Source: Shigella virus Moo19
Sequence record: MZ358387
DNA length: 64,000 nt
Strand: one strand, 5' to 3'
A program made the position numbers and the translations under genes. Numbering within the stretch: the first letter of the stretch is position 1; each line of letters begins with the position of its first letter. The notes beneath the pieces are model-generated. The model was given only the letters and a program-made list of their open reading frames with translations, did not search any database and was not told where the DNA came from. Positions 57,261 to 64,000 of this stretch are shown one piece after another.

Positions 57261-60200
57261 TTAGAAGCAACCTACAGCAGACTCAGAGTTACCAAACCAA
57301 TCACTACCCTCAAGCTCAATGGTCCAATAACCAGTTGGAGCAGTGCTAGGCCATGCCAGAGTAAATACCAGATAAATACCACCTTTCCAGGAAAGGTCAG
57401 TAGATGGGTTACCTGTTTGTTCTTGCAAACCTGCATTGTAGTCATAAATATTTTCCAATGGTTGGTTTGCACCAGAACTACCCGCTGCCACAATAACGTT
57501 TTGTTTAGCTGTACCCATGTATGCAGTTAAGGTTGGTACAGAGGCAACATCAGCAAAACTGTGGGTAAGAACTTTGCCTTTCCACTTAAGACCAGACGAA
57601 CCATCCTTGTAGACAAGCCACTCGATGTAGTCGCCTTTCTCGTTATATACCTTCAGTTTGCCTGGAACCGTATTGTAGAAATAAGGAGCAGGAACTGCAT
57701 TCGTACCCGGACCAGTACCCAAGAAGCTCTGAGGTGCTCTCATTTGGAAGCCAGTCAATGCTACTGCCACAGGTAGCGTACCACCCTGCCCAGATGGAGA
57801 AGGCATACGACGAGTGTGTACTACACGATAACGGCGTTCTTCATCCTGTCCCCACATCTGCTCAGTTGACAGACCAATTGGGATTGGCTGAACAGTAATG
57901 CTGTTAACAAAAGCATCTTTCAGTGCTTCACCTTGCAAATTGGTAAACAGAGTAATAGTGTGCCAACCACGACCAATCAAACGACCCACAAACTTACGTG
58001 AGCCTGGCATTCCCTCGTAGTTGTTAGCTGACTTATTAACACGCTGTAAAGATGCACCAAAAGAGTTATCAATATCTACTGCATACTGGTAATAAGGCTT
58101 GTTGCCGTTATTCCACCAGTATCCATTGGTGTAAATGGTATTAATTAAACCATCCAGCTTACCGTAGATATGTGCAGCTTCTGCATCCAGATAGAAGCTA
58201 AAGGTACAGATGGTTGCTTTACCCGCCTGGAGTACACCAGTAACTTTGTCACGAGTGTACGCTCCGTCAGAACGACCAGTACCAATATTACCTCGTGCAT
58301 CACACCAACCAATATGGTCAGACATCATACCCGTCCACACAGTAGTTTCATTAACCACTGGTTTATAGGTATCCAGGAGTCCACCTGCCATAAGCATGGA
58401 TGCCAGCTTCTCACCGTGAATTGCATAACCCATAGAGTTGTAGTGAGTACCATCAGACTGAACAGCAGCATAGTGACGGTTAAGCATTACTTCATGAGCA
58501 TCAAATACAGGGCAACCGTAAACACGAGCTACCATCTGCATACGTTTAGCCCAATGCAGCCACGCTGGGTTACCAGCACCCTGACCACCACCAGATGGAC
58601 GTTGAACAACTACAGCACAGCCCCAGTCGATATAACGACGAATGAGCTTCTCCATGTATTCCATGTAGAGGTCAAGAGTTGCACCAGCTACACCACCGGA
58701 ATCGTTAATTGCATACATGATGAACACAATGTCGCAGTTTGGATTAGACTGCCACAGTGCCTCTTCATAAGCCTGTTTCGCCGTGTAACCTGAAATTGCT
58801 CTCATAGTAATATAGACGGAACAACCAGACTGTTCAGGCAAGTAACTAGCAAAACGGTATGGGTAGTTCATAGAAGCACGGGTAGCCCAGTCACCATCCT
58901 GAGCAGGAATAGTATCTGAGGAAGTACGGTCAAACCCAGCAGTCATGGAGTCACCCAGGAAGCAGCACTTCAGGGAACCACGGTTATGAACTTGATAATC
59001 GCACCATGCCAGCTTAGCCATGTTCTTTGCACGGAAAGATGCAGAGTCAGACTGAACAAGCCATTGCTCAACAGTACGCCCGTCAGAGGCTTTAACCATT
59101 GCAGCACCACCAGTACTTGCAAGCTGGCTGCGTAAAGTTGCATTAGTAATCTCTACCCACTTACCAGAACCAATTCCACCAGAAGAAGATGGAGTATCCC
59201 CGGCACGTACAGTCTTAGGTAATGCACCTTCCCAACGATATAGCTTACCTTCCATAGTAGAACCAACTGACTTAGCAGCAGAGTCAACAGTTGCACCTTT
59301 CTCGAAAGTACCAGCCATTGGATTACCAGTCTCAGCCCCCAGACGGGAAAGAACAGGCTCAACGATTACCAGTGGGTTTGCTGGTTCTAACAGGTCAATA
59401 ACAACAGCACCTGGGTTATAAATCAGCTTGTTACCTTCTACCTTAACGATATAAACGTTAGGTGGCAGGTTAGGCAAATCCCAGTACTTCTGAGCATTCA
59501 CATCGTAAAGAACTTTCTTGTCAGTAATCACTACATTAGTAGAGGAAGACAGAACAACATCAGTATCCTTTACGTTGTTTGCACGAGCTACTTCTTGCGT
59601 GGTTCGGTCAGTAATCTCAAGACTGGCAGATTCACCACCCAGAGTAATAATCACACGGTCACCCTGAGCAAGAAGCTCAGTCATAGTAACAGTACGAGTA
59701 CTTGGGTCATAAACGTAAGACTTGGTTTGCAGGTTCTTATAGTAACGTTCACCATTTTTATAAACGGCAGGAACATCTTTAAAGTTATAAGGAACAGTAA
59801 TTACCTGTTCGCCACCTACAGCAGCACCGTTGTTATAGAGCCAGTTAACCTGAACCCAGTTGGATACATTAGGGTTATCCGGGCTTGCTGGAGCAGCAGA
59901 AGTCAGTGCAATAACTTCATCACCCTGAACCAGTGGGTTACTAAGGGTAACGGTGGAGTTAGCTGGGTTAAAGCTGAAGCCATAACCAATGTACTGAACC
60001 GAGCCGTTAATGATAATGAAGGGTACACCCAGTGCTTCAGCAGGAACTTTAAATGAAGTCTCCCCACCCAATGCAGAGCCATTAGCATAAACGTATGGAA
60101 TGTAGGAACCGGAACCACCACCTGTACCACCACTGCCGGAACCAGAGGTAGATACTTTAATCCAGGAGCCTGTAGCAGTTTGGTCATCTGGGCGAATACC

Positions 60201-60521
60201 AGAAGTATCATCAGGTACGTACAGGTAATCAGTTACCTGACGGTCACCTGTATCAGCGAAGCCATAGACACGGGCATACTTAGCCAACTTGTTCAGCTTC
60301 TTTAATTCAGCTTCTGACTTAACACCCAGAACCATACCGTAGGTATTCAGGAAGTCATACAGTAACTTCAGGTTACCCAGGTTACAGTAGACTGCACGAA
60401 CCACGGCATAGGCATTACCAATCACCTTATCGACAAGTGGGTCGTTGGAGCGATTGCAATGATATGGGTCGAGAGTCCAGTCATTGTCTGCATCAAATGG
60501 AATGTGAGAGTTCATACCCAT
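57261..60521 (-). CDS. tail fibre/spike protein with SGNH (GDSL) esterase domain
   Basis: 1086 aa. All three SGNH blocks present: '[11 protein letters not shown]', 'MYAINDSGG', 'SDGTHYN'. GAGGA RBS favours the third codon (ATG 60515). Confidence 0.65.
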   Translation of the reverse strand: MGMNSHIPFDADNDWTLDPYHCNRSNDPLVDKVIGNAYAVVRAVYCNLGNLKLLYDFLNTYGMVLGVKSEAELKKLNKLAKYARVYGFADTGDRQVTDYLYVPDDTSGIRPDDQTATGSWIKVSTSGSGSGGTGGGSGSYIPYVYANGSALGGETSFKVPAEALGVPFIIINGSVQYIGYGFSFNPANSTVTLSNPLVQGDEVIALTSAAPASPDNPNVSNWVQVNWLYNNGAAVGGEQVITVPYNFKDVPAVYKNGERYYKNLQTKSYVYDPSTRTVTMTELLAQGDRVIITLGGESASLEITDRTTQEVARANNVKDTDVVLSSSTNVVITDKKVLYDVNAQKYWDLPNLPPNVYIVKVEGNKLIYNPGAVVIDLLEPANPLVIVEPVLSRLGAETGNPMAGTFEKGATVDSAAKSVGSTMEGKLYRWEGALPKTVRAGDTPSSSGGIGSGKWVEITNATLRSQLASTGGAAMVKASDGRTVEQWLVQSDSASFRAKNMAKLAWCDYQVHNRGSLKCCFLGDSMTAGFDRTSSDTIPAQDGDWATRASMNYPYRFASYLPEQSGCSVYITMRAISGYTAKQAYEEALWQSNPNCDIVFIMYAINDSGGVAGATLDLYMEYMEKLIRRYIDWGCAVVVQRPSGGGQGAGNPAWLHWAKRMQMVARVYGCPVFDAHEVMLNRHYAAVQSDGTHYNSMGYAIHGEKLASMLMAGGLLDTYKPVVNETTVWTGMMSDHIGWCDARGNIGTGRSDGAYTRDKVTGVLQAGKATICTFSFYLDAEAAHIYGKLDGLINTIYTNGYWWNNGNKPYYQYAVDIDNSFGASLQRVNKSANNYEGMPGSRKFVGRLIGRGWHTITLFTNLQGEALKDAFVNSITVQPIPIGLSTEQMWGQDEERRYRVVHTRRMPSPSGQGGTLPVAVALTGFQMRAPQSFLGTGPGTNAVPAPYFYNTVPGKLKVYNEKGDYIEWLVYKDGSSGLKWKGKVLTHSFADVASVPTLTAYMGTAKQNVIVAAGSSGANQPLENIYDYNAGLQEQTGNPSTDLSWKGGIYLVFTLAWPSTAPTGYWTIELEGSDWFGNSESAVGCF

Positions 60522-61216
60522 CCTCGTTTTTCAAATAAAACATTTGTATTAGACATGCTTCCATTAGCAAGGTCGAAATCTACGACTTCACCACAGATGC
60601 TTTCATATAGCTGTAAGTATTCAGCAGCTTTTGCTGTGCTGCCCTCAGTATTGAGTCCAGTATGGTAACGATAACCAACCCAGTTCTCTAATGCTGAGTA
60701 AAGAGTCTCAGGGAGGTCAATCTCCTGATTCTCATCCCCGGTAAGCTCAGGATGTTTAGCCTGATAAAGTACGTTCAATGCTTCAAAGTGACGAGGCCAC
60801 ATACACTGCAAAACGTCAGGTCGAGGTGTAAACAAACCGTTCTTATCATGGTCGTCGTTGAGTTTACGACGAATACCTTTACTATCATAGACATTCAGGA
60901 TTTTAATTACATCTTCCTGGAATGGTTCTTGTGGGGTATCCATGATGTATGGGTAAGGAGCCTTAGCTGGGTCAAACCGTTCATATGAATAGCGAGCCAG
61001 TAAAGGGTAGTCAGTACGTCCCTCTTTCATTTCCACAATACAGTTATTCGTTCTCAGTACGAATCGACTGTGCAGACGAGTAAGACCTTCATTGATATGG
61101 GCAAGCACTTCAGGCTTACCCCATGCTTCAATGTTAACCTTATCGTCAGTAATAAAGCCTGCACTCTTTAAAGAGGTAAGAGCCAGCACCTTATAAACGT
61201 CGGATAACTTACGCAT
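60512..61216 (-). CDS. hypothetical virion/tail-associated protein (N4 gp67-like by position)
   Basis: 234 aa between terminase and tail-fibre genes. Confidence 0.4.
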   Translation of the reverse strand: MRKLSDVYKVLALTSLKSAGFITDDKVNIEAWGKPEVLAHINEGLTRLHSRFVLRTNNCIVEMKEGRTDYPLLARYSYERFDPAKAPYPYIMDTPQEPFQEDVIKILNVYDSKGIRRKLNDDHDKNGLFTPRPDVLQCMWPRHFEALNVLYQAKHPELTGDENQEIDLPETLYSALENWVGYRYHTGLNTEGSTAKAAEYLQLYESICGEVVDFDLANGSMSNTNVLFEKRGWV

Positions 61217-61222
61217 AGTTCC

Positions 61223-62815
61223 TCACACGATGTACGAAGATAATGGGTTTGAGTTGTCGATGTCATCATCGTCATCCCACATAGGGTCACCCTTCGCATC
61301 CACCATAACCATACCTGCTTGTGGTTTCCACGGGTTAAGATAACCGAGCATCGAAATGGTATCGATACAGTCATCCTTACCTTTAATACCGTTAATGGTA
61401 GCCAGCTTAAGCTGACCCATGAACAGACCCATGATTGTAGTATCTCGCATTTCCTCCGGGAAATACATCTTACCTGTTTTGAACCAAGGAACTACGAGGT
61501 TAAAGCGAGCAAGTTTAGAGGTAACTGGACGGATACCCGGTTGTCCACCCTGAGAGGATGCAAAGTTAAAGAACACATTACGGTTAATCATTTCTTTCTG
61601 TAAGAGTGAAATGAAACCACCTTGCTGTCCTGTGACTTCAACACCAACCTGTTGTGGCTGATACTCCTGAACCAGACGGAACAAATCATCGAAATTCTTA
61701 TCCATAGTCTGGCGAGCACAGATACCATCCATCCAGAACCAATCACCATTAGAACCATAAGCCCAAACTGAAATGACAGAGTAGTCACTGGTTTGTTTCT
61801 CACTGGTAGCAAAGTCGGTTGTAATGTAATAGTTGTAGCAACTCTTCATACGAAGTAACTGCTGACGACTAAACCATTTGATTTCACTGTCCTGTACCAG
61901 ACGTTCATCTTCAGAACTAATACGAAGCATAAGTTCCTGATAGAAGCCAGCCAGCTTCCCGGTCTTCTTAGCCATCTGGTATTGGTCATTGATATAGTCA
62001 TAGGAGAAACGGTCATCCCATGCACCCTGGAACTCTTCACGAGTACAGGGGAACTTCTCACATACAGGCCATACGTTGACATCCCATGCCCCGGATTCAA
62101 CTGCTTCAATCAGAATATCTTCCTTGTTAAAGGGAGTACCATTGAAGATTACTTTACGACGAGTAGGGTCAAGTGCGTGGTTCACGCCCTTATAGACTGT
62201 ATCCTTAATGGCTTCCATGCTTGTTTTAGAACGAGCATCATCATCACTAACCAAGTCATCAAGAATGCAGAGTGTTGGACGCTTACCGAAAATCTTCGTA
62301 CCACGAAGACCTGTTTTAGCACCAAACATCTTAACACCCAGTCGGTGTCCTTCGGCATTGAAGAACTCCAGGTAGTTATCAGTAAAGGTTGCTTTAGGAA
62401 TCCATTGCTGAAGAAACTCACTGTTCTGATAACGGAACTCGATGTTCTTACGTGCAGATTTAACGCCGTTATCCATTGAGTCAGATACGTAAATCATTCC
62501 CTCAACTTTACCCAGACCAGGCAAGTGACCAAACACTGCCAGGAACAGGGTGAAGTATTCCATAAACAAAGTGGTCTTAGCTGCACCACGGAAACACAGG
62601 TTAGCAATGTACTGGTGAGGGGAAGTCACCTTATCCAGCATCTTCAAATGAACAGGGGGAGTCTTGTTTGACTCCCCTTCCTTGCCATTCACCAGCTTAA
62701 TAAAGTTGGCAAAGGTCAGAGCGAATGTGCTGGGCAGGTAGTTCGGTGTGTTAAGTACCGAGTAGTCTACACTGTCCAGCCATTCATCTAGCTCCTGCTT
62801 CTTTAATTCAGACAT
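61223..62815 (-). CDS. terminase large subunit
   Basis: 530 aa. Deviant Walker A 'CFRGAAKTT', Walker B 'LCILDDL', C-terminal RNase-H-like nuclease region. Confidence 0.6.
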   Translation of the reverse strand: MSELKKQELDEWLDSVDYSVLNTPNYLPSTFALTFANFIKLVNGKEGESNKTPPVHLKMLDKVTSPHQYIANLCFRGAAKTTLFMEYFTLFLAVFGHLPGLGKVEGMIYVSDSMDNGVKSARKNIEFRYQNSEFLQQWIPKATFTDNYLEFFNAEGHRLGVKMFGAKTGLRGTKIFGKRPTLCILDDLVSDDDARSKTSMEAIKDTVYKGVNHALDPTRRKVIFNGTPFNKEDILIEAVESGAWDVNVWPVCEKFPCTREEFQGAWDDRFSYDYINDQYQMAKKTGKLAGFYQELMLRISSEDERLVQDSEIKWFSRQQLLRMKSCYNYYITTDFATSEKQTSDYSVISVWAYGSNGDWFWMDGICARQTMDKNFDDLFRLVQEYQPQQVGVEVTGQQGGFISLLQKEMINRNVFFNFASSQGGQPGIRPVTSKLARFNLVVPWFKTGKMYFPEEMRDTTIMGLFMGQLKLATINGIKGKDDCIDTISMLGYLNPWKPQAGMVMVDAKGDPMWDDDDDIDNSNPLSSYIV

Positions 62816-63497
62816 CAGTAATATCCTCGTCTGCCCTGATTAGAGCACTGCCAGCTATTTCCTTGGTTGAAGTGCCTCCTTGAATTGCTTCAATCTGCTT
62901 CTCAGCCAAGGCTTGCAGTGTGTTCTTGAGGTCAGTCAACCCAGAGCTTTCACGCACATCAATGTTGATATTCGTTGAGGCATCCTTCGGCTTAGCCAAG
63001 TGAGTAAGGATTGAGTTAGCTGCATCACAGCGAACTTTCTCACTAACGGCTGTATTCATCAACTCTACCTGAACGTTTATAGCCTTTTGATAGTTGTCTT
63101 GGTTTACAATCCACACTGGAACCAAACTTTGTTCCATGATGAGGTTAACCAGCTTGCCTCGGTGGTAAGCAGACACGTAAGCACTGATATCTTTCTCACT
63201 GGTTCCACGAGCTACTAATTCAGCTTGTCGATTCGGGAATGTCTTGAAGTAAGCATCCTTGTTACTGTACCCCATGTGCTTATAGGTTACATACTGAACT
63301 GCACTGATGTAGTCAGCAGTCTTGAACTTTCCTTCCTTCATTACCCCAGAGTATGAGATGAAATTCTCACGGAAGGTCTGAGCGAGTAACTCATCCTGGG
63401 TCACGTTGTTAATTGTATCGACCAACTCCTGAGTAACACTGTTCTTGAAGTTGGATGGCAATGCGTTGATTACCTGTTGTTTAGTAAGTTCACTCAT
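62808..63497 (-). CDS. putative terminase small subunit (by position)
   Basis: 229 aa, immediately upstream of and overlapping the large terminase gene; first gene of the leftward late block. Confidence 0.35.
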   Translation of the reverse strand: MSELTKQQVINALPSNFKNSVTQELVDTINNVTQDELLAQTFRENFISYSGVMKEGKFKTADYISAVQYVTYKHMGYSNKDAYFKTFPNRQAELVARGTSEKDISAYVSAYHRGKLVNLIMEQSLVPVWIVNQDNYQKAINVQVELMNTAVSEKVRCDAANSILTHLAKPKDASTNINIDVRESSGLTDLKNTLQALAEKQIEAIQGGTSTKEIAGSALIRADEDITDV

Positions 63498-63642
63498 AGT
63501 TATCTCGCTACAAAGTTATGTCTAGATACATGGATTCTTTTTCTGGGGTGAGTTACCCCCTTGAAGAAACCGTACCACACAGTTACACTTTAGTCATGAT
63601 ATAGAAAAAGTTCATGATACTACAATAGTATGTAATGTTCCC

Positions 63643-63960
63643 ATGACCCTATTCCCAAAGGAGAGTACCTTGAGACTCTTTACCAGAAGTGATGATAATC
63701 ATGACAGATACGTAGAACTCGACCACAAGAAGGCTGGGTTCATGCCTGGAGATATCATTATTACTACGACCGAGCAGGAATACCATGAGTTGTCTGGTAT
63801 GCTCCTCTTTGAAAATGTTTCAGGAGTTACGGTCAAAGAACCAGCAGAAAGTTACTCTTTAGAAAAATCCGTTTCTGCTATTGTGTTTTTCACTAAGTTA
63901 CCTCATAGTGTCTCTATCAAACGAAGCCGCGATGCTGTTCGGATGATGGTGACGATGTGA
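63643..63960 (+). CDS. hypothetical protein (alternative TTG start at 63670)
   Basis: Rightward ORF divergent from the late operon. AAGGAGAG at 63657-63665 inside the ORF favours the in-frame TTG at 63670. Confidence 0.35.
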   Translation: MTLFPKESTLRLFTRSDDNHDRYVELDHKKAGFMPGDIIITTTEQEYHELSGMLLFENVSGVTVKEPAESYSLEKSVSAIVFFTKLPHSVSIKRSRDAVRMMVTM

Positions 63961-64000
63961 TTCTTGCTGTACCCCGCCCAGTGGCTAGTGGCGGGACCGG

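Noticed and set aside
63561-63589. Possible sigma70-like promoter (TTGAAG, 17 nt, TACACT) upstream of the 63643 ORF
   Set aside because: The match to consensus is weak and such hexamer pairs occur by chance in AT-rich DNA; not enough to report as a feature without transcript data.
1-64000. CRISPR arrays, integrase, transposase or prophage att sites
   Set aside because: No spaced direct-repeat arrays, tyrosine/serine recombinase motifs or IS-like inverted repeats were seen; the content is that of a strictly lytic phage.

Overview
The window reads as most of the genome of an N4-like (Schitoviridae-type) lytic podophage. Plus-strand genes from 1 to about 30.4 kb are transcribed rightward: a T7-like RNA polymerase II catalytic subunit, many small genes of unknown function, two free-standing HNH endonucleases, nucleotide-metabolism genes, a replication/recombination module (rIIA/rIIB-like, SF1 helicase, family A DNA polymerase, nuclease, primase-like, SSB-like, RuvC-like) and a tightly packed tRNA array. 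After a bidirectional terminator at about 30.4 kb, the late genes run leftward on the minus strand: a giant ~3,480-aa virion RNA polymerase, virion proteins, major capsid protein, portal, a lysis cassette (membrane proteins, SAR endolysin, i-spanin with embedded o-spanin), two large tail fibre/spike proteins (one with an SGNH esterase domain) and terminase. No integrase, CRISPR array or rRNA was seen. All calls come from reading motifs, ribosome-binding sites and gene order against what I recall of phage N4; no database search was run. I did not find a clear-cut novel multi-gene system; the least expected elements are a phage-encoded SPFH lipoprotein module, a MoxR-ATPase/VWA pair, an Imm-like membrane protein flanked by a repeated 16-nt motif, an acidic Ocr-like small protein, and a fifth tRNA-like gene with no acceptor stem followed by ~230 nt of structured non-coding DNA.
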